Assembly: GCA_964016885.1 (NCBI GenBank)
Contig: OZ024743.1
Coordinates: 46,438,001 to 46,502,000 of the forward strand
Source of the DNA: Eledone cirrhosa
Lineage: Eukaryota
DNA: 64,000 nucleotides
Direction of reading: 5' to 3'
Made by a program: the position numbers and the translations under genes. The notes below the pieces were generated by a model. It had not been told where the DNA came from. It did no database searches and was given only the letters and a program-made list of their open reading frames with translations. Of the stretch, positions 15,001 to 30,000 are shown piece after piece. How positions within the stretch are numbered: the first letter of the stretch is position 1; the number at the start of each line of letters is the position of its first letter.

Positions 15001-18000
15001 GGTTCATGACTAGTGGTGGACATGATATCTGGTTTGTGACTAGTGGTGGGCATGATATCTGGTTCATGACTAGTGGTGGACATGATATCTGGTTCATGAC
15101 TAGTGGTGGACATGATATCTGGTTCATGACTAGTGGTGGACATGATATCTGGTTCATGACTAGTGGTGGACATGATATCTGGTTCATGACTAGTGGTGGA
15201 CATGATATCTGGTTTGTGACTAGTGGTGGGCATGATATCTGGTTCATGACTAGTGGTGGACATGATATCTGGTTTGTGACTAGTGTTGGACATGATATCT
15301 GGTTTGTGACTAGTGGTGGACATGATTTCTGGTTTGTGACTAGTGGTGGACATGATATCTGGTTCATGACTAGTGGTGGACATGATATCTGGTTCATGAT
15401 TAGTGGTGGACATGATATCTGGTTCATGACTAGTGGTGGACATGATATTTGGTTTGTGACTAGTGGTGGGCATGATATCTGGTTCATGACTACTGGTGGA
15501 CATGATATCTGCTTTGTGACTAGTGGTGGACATGATATCTGGTTCATGACTACTGGTGGACATGATATCTGGTTCATGACTAGTGGTGGACATGATATCT
15601 GGTTTGTGACTAGTGGTGGGCATGATATCTGGTTCATGACTAGTGGTGGACATGATATCTGGTTCATGACTAGTGGTGGACATGATATCTGGTTTGTGAC
15701 TAGTGGTGGGCATGATATCTGGTTCATGACTAGTGGTGGACATGATATCTGGTTCATGACTAGTGGTGGACATGATATCTGGCTCATGACTAGTGGTGGA
15801 CATGATATCTGGTTTGTGACTAGTGGTGGGCATGATATCTGGTTCATGACTAGTGGTGGACATGATATCTGGTTTGTGACTAGTGTTGGACATGATATCT
15901 GGTTTGTGACTAGTGGTGGACATGATTTCTGGTTTGTGACTAGTGGTGGACATGATATCTGGTTCATGACTACTGGTGGACATGATATCTGGTTCATGAC
16001 TAGTGGTCGACATATCTGGTTTGTGACTAGTGGTGGGCATGATATCTGGTTCATGACTAGTGGTGGACATGATATCTGGTTTGTGACTAGTGGTGGACAT
16101 GATATCTGGTTTGTGACTAGTGGTGGACATGATATCTGGTTTGTGACTAGTGGTGGACATGATATCTGGTTCATGAATACTGGTGGACATGATATCTGGT
16201 TCATGACTAGTGGTCGACATGATATCTGGTTTGTGACTAGTGGTGGGCATGATATCTGGTTCATGACTAGTGGTGGACATGATATCTGGTTTGTGACTAG
16301 TGGTGGACATGATATCTGGTTCATGACTACTGGTGGACATGATATCCGGTTCATGACTAGTGGTGGACATGATATCTGGTTTGTGACTAGTGGTGGACAT
16401 GATATCTGGTTCATGACTAGTGGTGGACATGATATCTGGTTTGTGACTAGTGGTGGACATGATATCTGGTTTGTGACTAGTGGTGGACATGATATCTGGT
16501 TCATGACTACTGGTGGACATGATATCTGGTTCATGACTAGTGGAGGACATGATATCTGGTTTGTGACTAGTGGTGGGCATGATATCTGGTTCATGACTAG
16601 TGGTGGACATGATATCTGGTTTGTGACTAGTGGTGGACATGATATCTGGTTCATGACTACTGGTTGACATGATATCCGGTTCATGACTAGTGGTGGACAT
16701 GATATCTGGTTCATGACTAGTGGTGGACATGATATCTGGTTTGTGACTAGTGGTGGACATGATATCTGGTTTGTGACTAGTGGTGGACATGATATCTGGT
16801 TCATGACTAGTGGTGGACATGATATCTGGTTTGTGACTAGTGGTGGACATGATATCTGGTTTGTGACTACTGGTGGACATGATATCTGGTTTGTGACTAG
16901 TGGTGGACATGATATCTGGTTTGTGACTAGTGGTGGACATGATATCTGGTTCATGACTACTGGTGGACATGATACCTGGTTCATGACTAGTGGTGGACAT
17001 GATATCTGGTTTGTGACTACTGGTGGACATATTATCCGGTTCATGACTAGTGGTGGACATGATATCTGGTTTGTGACTAGTGGTGGACATGATATCTGGT
17101 TTGTGACTAGTGGTGGACATGATATCTGGTTTGTGAATAGTGGTGGACATGATATCTGTTTTGTGACTAGTGGTGGACATGATATCTGGTTCATGACTAG
17201 TGGTGGACATGATATCTGGTTTGTGACTACTGATGGACATGATATCTGGTTCATGACTAGTGGTGGACATGATATCTGGTTTGTGACTAGTGGTGGACAT
17301 GATATCTGGTTTGTGACTACTGATGGACATGATATCTGGTTTGTGACTAGTGGTGGACATGATATCTGGTTTGTGGCTAGTGGTGGACATGATATCTGGT
17401 TTGTGACTACTGATGGACATGATATCTGGTTTGTGACTAGTGGTGGGCATGATATCTGGTTCATGACTAGTGGTGGACATGATATCTGGTTTGTGACTAG
17501 TGGTGGACATGATATCTGGTTCATGACTACTGATGGACATGATATCTGGTTCATGACTACTGATGGACATGATATCTGGTTCATAACTAGTGGTAGACAT
17601 GATATCTGGTTTGTGACTAGTGGTGGACATGATATCTGGTTCATGACTAGTGGTGGACATGATATCTGGTTTGTGACTAGTGGTGGGCATGATATCTGGT
17701 TTGTGACTAGTGGTGGACATGATATCTGGTTTGTGACTAGTGGTGGACATGATATCTGGTTCATGACTAGTGGTGGACATGATATCTGGGTCATGACTAG
17801 TGGTGAACATGATATCTGGTTCATGACTAGTGGTGGACATGATATCTGGTTTGTGACTAGTGGTGGGCATGATATCTGGTTCATGACTAGTGGTGGACAT
17901 GATATCTGGTTTGTGACTAGTGGTGGACATGATATCTGGTTTGTGACTAGTGGTGGACATGATATCTGGTTCATGACTACTGGTGGACATGATATCTGGT

Positions 18001-21000
18001 TCATGACTAGTGGTGGACATGATATCTGGTTTGTGACTAGTGGTGGGCATGATATCTGGTTCATGACTAGTGGTGGACATGATATCTGGTTTGTGACTAG
18101 TGGTGGGCATGATATCTGGTTCATGACTAGTGGTGGACATGATATCTGGTTCATGACTAGTGGTGGACATGATATCTGGTTCATGACTAGTGGTGGACAT
18201 GATATCTGGTTTGTGACTAGTGGTGGACATGATATCTGGTTCATGACTACTGGTGGACATGATATCTGGTTTGTGACTAGTGGTGGGCATGATATCTGGT
18301 TCATGACTAGTGGTGGACATGATATCTGGTTTGTGACTAGTGGTGGGCATGATATCTGGTTCATGACTAGTGGTGGACATGATATCTGGTTCATGACTAG
18401 TGGTGGACATGATATCTGGTTCATGACTAGTGGTGGACATGATATCTGGTTTGTGACTAGTGGTGGACATGATATCTGGTTCATGACTACTGGTGGACAT
18501 GATATCTGGTTTGTGACTAGTGGTGGGCATGATATCTGGTTCATGACTAGTGGTGGACATGATATCTGGTTTGTGACTAGTGGTGGACATGATATCTGGT
18601 TCATGACTACTGGTGGACATGATATCTGGTTTGTGACTAGTGGTGGGCATGATATCTGGTTCATGACTAGTGGTGGACATGATATCTGGTTTGTGACTAG
18701 TGGTGGACATGATATCTGGTTCATGACTACTGGTGGACATGATATCTGGTTTTTGACTAGTGGTGGGCATGATATCTGGTTCATGACTAGTGGTGGACAT
18801 GATATCTGGTTTGTGACTAGTGGTGGATATGATATCTGGTTCATGACTAGTGGTGGACATGATATCTGGTTTGTGACTAGTGGTGGGCATGATATCTGGT
18901 TCATGACTAGTGGTGGACATGATATCTGGTTCATGACTAGTGGTGGACATGATATCTGGTTCATGACTAGTGGTGGACATGATATCTGGTTTGTGACTAG
19001 TGGTGGATATGATATCTGGTTTGTAACTACTGATGGAATGATATCTGGTTCATGACTAGTGGTGGACATGATATCTGGTTTGTGACTAGTGGTGGACATG
19101 ATATCTGGTTTGTGACTAGTGGTGGACATGATTTCTGGTTTGTGACTAGTGGTGGACATGATATCTGGTTTGTGACTAGTGGTGGACATGATATCTGGTT
19201 CATGACTACTGGTGGACATGATATCTGGTTCATGACTAGTGGTGGACATGATATCTGGTTTGTGACTAGTGGTGGGCATGATATCTGGTTCATGACTAGT
19301 GGTGGACATGATATCTGGTTCATGACTACTGGTGGACATGATATCCGGTTCATGACTAGTGGTGGACATGATATCTGGTTTGTGACTACTGGTGGACATG
19401 ATATCTGGTTCATGACTAGTGGTGGACATAATATCTGGTTTGTGACTAGTGGTGGACATGATATCTGGTTTGTGACTACTGGTGGATATGATATCTGGTT
19501 TGTGACTAGTGGTGGACATGATATCTGGTTCATGACTAGTGGTGGACATGATATCTGGTTTGTGACTAGCGGTGGACATGATATCTGGTTTGTGACTAGT
19601 GGTGGACATGATATCTGGTTCATGACTACTGGTGGACATGATATCTGGTTCATGACTAGTGGTGGACATGATATCTGGTTTGTGACTAGTGGTGGACATG
19701 ATATCTGGTTTGTGACTAGTGGTGGACATGATATCTGGTTTGTGACTAGTGGTGGACATGATATCTGTTTTGTGACTAGTGGTGGACATGATATCTGGTT
19801 CATGACTAGTGGTGGACATGATATCTGGTTTGTGACTACTGGTGGACATATTATCTGGTTCATGACTACTGGTGGACATATTATCTGGTTCATGACTACT
19901 GGTGGACATGATATCTGGTTCATGACTAGTGGTGGACATGATATCTGGTTTGTGACTAGTGGTGGACATGATATCTGGTTTGTGACTAGTGGTGGACATG
20001 ATATCTGGTTTGTGACTAGTGGTGGACATGATATCTGTTTTGTGACTAGTGGTGGACATGATATCTGGTTCATGACTAGTGGTGGACATGATATTTGGTT
20101 TGTGACTAGTGATGGACATGATATCTGGTTCATGACTAGTGGTGGACATGATATCTGGTTTGTGACTACTGATGGACATGATATCTGGTTCATGACTAGT
20201 GGTGGACATTATATCTGGTTTGTGACTAGTGGTGGACATGATATCTGGTTTGTGAGTACTGATGGACATGATATCTGGTTTGTGACTAGTGGTGGACATG
20301 ATATCTGGTTTGTGACTAGTGGTGGACATGATATCTGGTTTGTGACTAGTGGTGGACATGATATCCGGTTCATGACTAGTGGTGGACATGATATCTGGTT
20401 TGTGACTAGTGGTGGACATGATATCTGGTTTGTGACTAGTGGTGGACATGATATCTGGTTTGTGACTAGTGGTGGACATGATATCTGGCTTGTGACTAGT
20501 TGTGGACATGATATCTGGTTCATGACTAGTGGTGGACATGATATCTGGTTTGTGACTAGTGGTGGACATGATATCTGGTTTGTGACTACTGATGGACATG
20601 ATATCTGGTTCATGACTACTGGTGGACATGATATCCGGTTCATGACTAGTGGTGGACATGATATCTGGTTTGTGACTAGTGGTGGACATGATATCTGGTT
20701 CATGACTAGTGGTGGACATGATATCTGGTTTGTGACTAGTGGTGGACATGATATCTGGTATGTGACTACTGGTGGACATGATATCTGGTTTGTGACTAGT
20801 GGTGGACATGATATCTGGTTTGTGACTAGTGGTGGACATGATATCTGGTTCATGACTAGTGGTGGACATGATATCTGGTTTGTGACTACTGATGGACATG
20901 ATATCTGGTTCATGACTAGTGGTGGACATGATATCTGGTTTGTGACTAGTGGTGGACATGATATCTGGTTTGTGACTAGTGGTGGACATGATATCTGGTT

Positions 21001-24000
21001 TGTGACTAGTGGTGGACATGATATCTGTTTTGTGACTAGTGGTGGACATGATATCTGGTTCATGACTAGTGGTGGACATGATATCTGGTTTGTGAGTACT
21101 GATGGACATGATATCTGGTTTGTGACTAGTGGTGGGCATGATATCTGGTTCATGACTAGTGGTGGACATGATATCTGGTTTGTGACTAGTGGTGGACATG
21201 ATATCTGGTTTGTGACTAGTGGTGGACATGATATCGGGTTCATGACTAGTGGTGGACATGATATCTGGTTTGTGACTAGTGGTGGACATGATATCTGGTT
21301 TGTGACTAGTGGTGGACATGATATCTGGTTCATGACTTGTGGTGGACATGATATCTGGTTCATGACTAGTGGTGGACATGATATCTGGTTTGTGACCAGT
21401 GGTGGACATGATATCTGGTTTGTGACTAGTGGTGGACATGATATCCGGTTCATGACTAGTGGTGGACATGATATCTGGTTTGTGACTAGTGGTGGACATG
21501 ATATCTGGTTTGTGACTAGTGGTGGACATGATATCTGGTTCATGACTAGTGGTGGACATGATATCTGGTTCATGACTAGTGGTGGACATGATATCTGGTT
21601 TGTGACTAGTGGTGGACATGATATCTGGTTTGTGACTAGTGGTGGACATGATATCTGGTTTGTGACTAGTGGTGGACATGATATCTGGTTCATGACTAGT
21701 GGTGGACATGATAACTGGTTCATGACTAGTGGTGGACATGATATCTGGTTCATGACTAGTGGTGGACATGATATTTGGTTTGTGACTAGTGGTGGGCATG
21801 ATATCTGGTTCATGACTACTGGTGAACATGATATCTGCTTTGTGACTAGTGGTGGACATGATATCTGGTTCATGACTACTGGTGGACATGATATCTGGTT
21901 CATGACTAGTGGTGGACATGATATCTGGTTTGTGACTAGTGGTGGGCATGATATCTGGTTCATGACTAGTGGTGGACATGATATCTGGTTCATGACTAGT
22001 GGTGGACATGATATCTGGTTTGTGACTAGTGGTGGGCATGATATCTGGTTCATGACTAGTGGTGGGCATGATATCTGGTTCATGACTAGTGGTGGACATG
22101 ATATCTGGTTCATGACTAGTGGTGGACATGATATCTGGTTCATGACTAGTGGTGGACATGATATCTGGCTCATGACTGGTGGTGGACATGATATCTGGTT
22201 TGTGACTAGTGGTGGGCATGATATCTGGTTCATGACTAGTGGTGGACATGATATCTGGTTTGTGACTAGTGGTGGACATGATATCTGGTTTGTGACTAGT
22301 GGTGGACATGATTTCTGGTTTGTGACTAGTGGTGGACATGATATCTGGTTCATGACTAGTTGTGGACATGATATCTGGTTCATGACTAGTGGTCGACATG
22401 ACATCTGGTTTGTGACTAGTGGTGGGCATGATATCTGGTTCATGACTAGTGGTGGACATGATATCTGGTTTGTGACTAGTGGTGGACATGATATCTGGTT
22501 TGTGACTAATGGGGGACATGATATCTGGTTTGTGACTAGTGGTGGACATGATATCTGGTTCATGAATACTGGTGGACATGATATCTGGTTCATGACTAGT
22601 GGTCGACATGATATCTGGTTTGTGACTAGTGGTGGGCATGATATCTGGTTCATGACTAGTGGTGGACATGATATCTGTTTTGTGACTAGTGGTGGACATG
22701 ATATCTGGTTCATGACTACTGGTGGACATGATATCCGGTTCATGACTAGTGGTGGACATGATATCTGGTTTGTGACTAGTGGTGGACATGATATCTGGTT
22801 CATGACTAGTGGTGGACATGATATCTGGTTTGTGACTAGTGGTGGACATGATATCTGGTTTGTGACTAGTGGTGGACATGATATCTGGTTCATGACTACT
22901 GGTGGACATGATATCTGGTTCATGACTAGTGGTGGACATGATATCTGGTTTGTGACTAGTGGTGGGCATGATATCTGGTTCATGACTAGTGGTGGACATG
23001 ATATCTGGTTTGTGACTAGTGGTGGACATGATATCTGGTTCATGACTACTGGTTGACATGATATCCGGTTCATGACTAGTGGTGGACATGATATCTGGTT
23101 CATGACTAGTGGTGGACATGATATCTGGTTTGTGACTAGTGGTGGACATGATATCTGGTTTGTGACTAGTGGTGGACATGATATCTGGTTCATGACTAGT
23201 GGTGGACATGATATCTGGTTTGTGACTAGTGGTGGACATGATATCTGGTTTGTGACTACTGGTGGACATGATATCTGGTTTGTGACTAGTGGTGGACATG
23301 ATATCTGGTTTGTGACTAGTGGTGGACATGATATCTGGTTCATGACTACTGGTGGACATGATATCTGGTTCATGACTAGTGGTGGACATGATATCTGGTT
23401 TGTGACTACTGGTGGACATATTATCCGGTTCATGACTAGTGGTGGACATGATATCTGGTTTGTGACTAGTGGTGGACATGATATCTGGTTTGTGACTAGT
23501 GGTGGACATGATATCTGGTTTGTGACTAGTGGTGGACATGATATCTGTTTTGTGACTAGTGGTGGACATGATATCTGGTTCATGAATAGTGGTGGACATG
23601 ATATCTGGTTTGTGACTACTGATGGACATGATATCTGGTTCATGACTAGTGGTGGACATGATATCTGGTTTGTGACTAGTGGTCGACATGATATCTGGTT
23701 TGTGACTACTGATGGACATGATATCTGGTTTGTGACTAGTGGTGGACATGATATCTGGTTTGTGACTAGTGGTGGACATGATATCTGGTTTGTGACTACT
23801 GATGGACATGATATCTGGTTTGTGACTAGTGGTGGGCATGATATCTAGTTCATGACTAGTGGTGGACATGATATCTGGTTTGTGACTAGTGGTGGACATG
23901 ATATCTGGTTCATGACTACTGATGGACATGATATCTGGTTCATGACTACTGATGGACATGATATCTGGTTCATAACTAGTGGTGGACATGATATCTGGTT

Positions 24001-27000
24001 TGTGACTAGTGGTGGACATGATATCTGGTTCATGACTAGTGGTGGACATGATATCTGGTTTGCGACTAGTGGTGGGCATGATATCTGGTTTGTGACTAGT
24101 GGTGGACATGATATCTGGTTTGTGACTAGTGGTGGACATGATATCTGGTTCATGACTAGTGGTGGACATGATATCTGGTTCATGACTAGTGGTGGACATG
24201 ATATCTGGTTCATGACTAGTGGTGGAAATGATATCTGGTTTGTGACTAGTGGTGGGCATGATATCTGGTTCATGACTAGTGGTGGACATGATATCTGGTT
24301 TGTGACTAGTGGTGGACATGATATCTGGTTGGTGACTAGTGGTGGACATGATATCTGGTTCATGACTAGTGGTGGACATGATATGTGGTTCATGACTAGT
24401 GGTGGACATGATATCTGGTTTGTGACTAGTGGTGGGCATGATATCTGGTTCATGACTAGTGGTGGACATGATATGTGGTTCATGACTAATGGTGGACATG
24501 ATATCTGGTTTGTGACTAGTGGTGGGCATGATATCTGGTTCATGACTAGTGGTGGACATGATATCTGGTTTGTGACTAGTGGTGGGCATGATATCTGGTT
24601 CATGACTAGTGGTGGACATGATATCTGGTTCATGACTAGTGGTGGACATGATATCTTGTTCATGACTAGTGGTGGACATGATATCTGGTTTGTGACTAGT
24701 GGTGGACATGATATCTGGTTCATGACTACTGGTGGACATGATATCTGGTTTGTGACTAGTGGTGGGCATGATATCTGGTTCATGACTAGTGGTGGACATG
24801 ATATCTGGTTTGTGACTAGTGGTGGACATGATATCTGGTTCATGACTACTGGTGGACATGATATCTGGTTTGTGACTAGTGGTGGGCATGATATCTGGTT
24901 CATGACTAGTGGTGGACATGATATCTGGTTTGTGACTAGTGGTGGACATGATATCTGGTTCATGACTACTGGTGGACATGATATCTGGTTTGTGACTAGT
25001 GGTGGGCATGATATCTGGTTCATGACTAGTGGTGGACATGATATCTGGTTTGTGACTAGTGGTGGATATGATATCTGGTTCATGACTACTGGTGGACATG
25101 ATATCTGGTTTGTGACTAGTGGTGGACATGATATCTGGTTTGTGACTAGTGGTGGACATGATATCTGTTTTGTGACTAGTGGTGGACATGATATCTGGTT
25201 CATGACTAGTGGTGGACATGATATCTGGTTCATGACTAGTGGTGGACATGATATCTGGTTTGTGACTAGTGGTGGATATGATATCTGGTTTGTGACTAGT
25301 GGTGGACATGATATCTGGTTTGTGACTAGTGGTGGACATGATATCTGGTTCATGACTACTGGTGGACATGATATCTGGTTCATGACTAGTGGTGGACATG
25401 ATATCTGGTTTGTGACTAGTGGTGGGCATGATATCTGGTTCATGACTAGTAGTGGACATGATATCTGGTTCATGACTAGTGGTGGACATGATATCTGGTT
25501 TGTGACTAGTGGTGGGCATGATATCTGGTTCATGACTAGTGGTGGACATGATATCTGGTTCATGACTAGTGGTGGACATGATATCTGGCTCATGACTAGT
25601 GGTGGACATGATATCTAATTTGTGACTAGTGGTGGGCATGATATCTGGTTCATGACTAGTGGTGGACATGATATCTGGTTTGTGACTAGTGGTGGACATG
25701 ATATCTGGTTTGTGACTAGTGGTGGACATGATTTCTGGTTTGTGACTTGTGGTGGACATGATATCTGGTTCATGACTACTGGTGGACATGATATCTGGTT
25801 CATGACTAGTGGTGGACATGATATCTGGTTTGTGACTAGTGGTGGGCATGATATCTGGTTCATGACTAGTGGTGGACATGATATCTGGTTTGTGACTAGT
25901 GGTGGACATGATATCTGGTTTGTGACTAGTGGTGGACATGATATCTGGTTTGTGACTAGTGGTGGACATGATATCTGGTTCATGACTACTGGTGGACATG
26001 ATATGCGGTTCATGACTAGTGGTGGACATGATATCTGGTTTGTGACTAGTGATGGACATGATATCTGGTTCATGACTAGTGGTGGACATGATATCTGGTT
26101 TGTGACTAGTGGTGGACATGATATCTGGTTTGTGACTAGTGGTGGACATGATATCTGGTTCATGACTACTGGTGGACATGATATCTGGTTTGTGACTAGT
26201 GGTGGACATGATATTTGGTTTGTGACTAGTGGTGGGCATGATATCTGGTTCATGACTACTGGTGGACATGATATCTGGTTTGTGACTAGTGGTGGACATG
26301 ATATCTGGTTCATGACTAGTGGTGGACATGATATCTGGTTTGTGACTAGTGGTGGGCATGATATCTGGTTCATGACTAGTGGTGGACATATCTGGTTTGT
26401 GACTAGTGGTGGACATCATATCTGGTTCATGACTACTGGTTGACATGATATCCGGTTCATGACTAGTGGTGGACATGATATCTGGTTCATGACTAGTGGT
26501 GGACATGATATCTGGTTTGTGACTAGTGGTGGACATGATATCTGGTTTGTGACTAGTGGTGGACATGATATCTGGTTCATGACTAGTGGTGGACATGATA
26601 TCTGGTTTGTGACTAGTGGTGGACATGATATCTGGTTTGTGACTACTGGTGGACATGATATCTGGTTTGTGACTAGTGGTGGACATGATATCTGGTTTGT
26701 GACTAGTGGTGGACATGATATCTGGTTCATGACTACTGGTGGACATGATATCTGGTTCATGACTAGTGGTGGACATGATATCTGGTTTGTGACTACTGGT
26801 GGACATATTATCCGGTTCATGACTAGTGGTGGACATGATATCTGGTTTGTGACTAGTGGTGGACATGATGTCTGTTTTGTGACTAGTGGTGGACATGATA
26901 TCTGGTTCATGACTAGTGGTGGACATGATATCTGGTTTGTGACTACTGATGGACATGATATCTGGTTCATGACTCGTGGTGGACATGATATCTGGTTTGT

Positions 27001-30000
27001 GACTAGTGGTGGACATGATATCTGGTTTGTGACTACTGATGGACATGATATCTGGTTTGTGACTAGTGGTGGACATGATATCTGGTTCATGACTAGTGGT
27101 GGACATGATATATGGTTTGTGACTAGTGGTGGACATGATATCTGGTTTGTGACTAGTGGTGGACATGATATCTGGTTCATGACTACTGGTGGACATTTTA
27201 TATGGTTCATGACTAGTGGTGGACATGATATCTGGTTTGTGACTAGTGGTGGGCATGATATCTGGTTCATGACTAGTGGTGGACATGATATCTGGTTTGT
27301 GACTAGTGGTGGACATGATATCTGGTTCATGACTACTGGTTGACATGATATCCGGTTCATGACTAGTGGTGGACATGATATCTGGTTCATGACTAGTGGT
27401 GGACATGATATCTGGTTTGTGACTAGTGGTGGACATGATATCTGGTTTGTGACTAGTGGTGGACATGATATCTGGTTCATGACTAGTGGTGGACATGATA
27501 TCTGGTTTGTGACTAGTGGTGGACATGATATCTGGTTTGTGACTACTGGTGGACATGATATCTGGTTTGTGACTAGTGGTGGACATGATATCTGGTTCAT
27601 GACTACTGGTGGACATGATATCTGGTTCATGACTAGTGGTGGACATGATATCTGGTTTGTGACTACTGGTGGACATATTATCCGGTTCATGACTAGTGGT
27701 GGACATGATATCTGGTTTGTGACTAGTGGTGGACATGATATCTGGTTTGTGACTAGTGGTGGACATGATATCTGGTTTGTGACTAGTGGTGGACATGATA
27801 TCTGTTTTGTGACTAGTGGTGGACATGATATCTGGTTCATGACTAGTGGTGGACATGATATCTGGTTTGTGACTACTGATGGACATGATATCTGGTTCAT
27901 GACTAGTGGTGGACATGATATCTGGTTTGTGACTAGTGGTGGACATGATATCTGGTTTGTGACTACTGATGGACATGATATCTGGTTTGTGACTAGTGGT
28001 GGACATGATATCTGGTTTGTGACTAGTGGTGGACATGATATCTGGTTTGTGACTACTGATGGACATGATATCTGGTTTGTGACTAGTGGTGGGCATGATA
28101 TCTGGTTCATGACTAGTGGTGGACTGATATCTGGTTTGTGACTAGTGGTGGACATGATATCTGGTTCATGACTACTGATGGACATGATATCTGGTTCATG
28201 ACTACTGATGGACATGATATCTGGTTCATAACTAGTGGTGGACATGATATCTGGTTTGTGACTAGTGGTGGACATGATATCTGGTTCATGACTAGTGGTG
28301 GACATGATATCTGGTTTGTGACTAGTGGTGGGCATGATATCTGGTTTGTGACTAGTGGTGGACATGATATCTGGTTTGTGACTAGTGGTGGACATGAAAT
28401 CTGGTTCATGACTGGTGGTGGACATGATATCTGGTTCATGACTAGTGGTGGACATGATATCTGGTTCATGACTAGTGGTGGAAATGATATCTGGTTTGTG
28501 ACTAGTGGTGGGCATGATATCTAGTTCATGACTAGTGGTGGACATGATATCTGGTTTGTGACTAGTGGTGGACATGATATCTGGTTGGTGACTAGTGGTG
28601 GACATGATATCTGGTTCATGACTAGTGGTGGACATGATATGTGGTTCATGACTAGTGCTGGACATGATATCTGGTTTGTGACTAGTGGTGGGCATGATAT
28701 CTGGTTCATGACTAGTGGTGGACATGATATGTGGTTCATGACTAGTGGTGGACATGATATCTGGTTTGTGACTAGAGGTGGGCATGATATCTGGTTCATG
28801 ACTAGTGGTGGACATGATATCTGGTTTGTGACTAGTGGTGGGCATGATATCTGGTTCATGACTAGTGGTGGACATGATATCTGGTTCATGACTAGTGGTG
28901 GACATGATATCTTGTTCATGACTAGTGGTGGACATGATATCTGGTTTGTGACTAGTGGTGGACATGATATCTGGTTCATGACTACTGGTGGACATGATAT
29001 CTGGTTTGTGACTAGTGGTGGACATGATATCTGGTTTGTGACTAGTGGTGGACATGATTTCTGGTTTGTGACTTGTGGTGGACATGATATCTGGTTCATG
29101 ACTACTGGTGGACATGATATCTGGTTCATGACTAGTGGTGGACATGATATCTGGTTTGTGACTAGTGGTGGGCATGATATCTGGTTCATGACTAGTGGTG
29201 GACATGATATCTGGTTTGTGACTAGTGGTGGACATGATATCTGGTTTGTGACTAGTGGTGGACATGATATCTGGTTTGTGACTAGTGGTGGACATGATAT
29301 CTGGTTCATGACTACTGGTGGACATGATATGCGGTTCATGACTAGTGGTGGACATGATATCTGGTTTGTGACTAGTGATGGACATGATATCTGGTTCATG
29401 ACTAGTGGTGGACATGATATCTGGTTTGTGACTAGTGGTGGACATGATATCTGGTTTGTGACTAGTGGTGGACATGATATCTGGTTCATGACTACTGGTG
29501 GACATGATATCTGGTTTGTGACTAGTGGTGGACATGATATTTGGTTTGTGACTAGTGGTGGGCATGATATCTGGTTCATGACTACTGGTGGACATGATAT
29601 CTGGTTTGTGACTAGTGGTGGACATGATATCTGGTTCATGACTAGTGGTGGACATGATATCTGGTTTGTGACTAGTGGTGGGCATGATATCTGGTTCATG
29701 ACTAGTGGTGGACATGATATCTGGTTTGTGACTAGTGGTGGACATCATATCTGGTTCATGACTACTGGTTGACATGATATCCGGTTCATGACTAGTGGTG
29801 GACATGATATCTGGTTCATGACTAGTGGTGGACATGATATCTGGTTTGTGACTAGTGGTGGACATGATATCTGGTTTGTGACTAGTGGTGGACATGATAT
29901 CTGGTTCATGACTAGTGGTGGACATGATATCTGGTTTGTGACTAGTGGTGGACATGATATCTGGTTTGTGACTACTGGTGGACATGATATCTGGTTTGTG

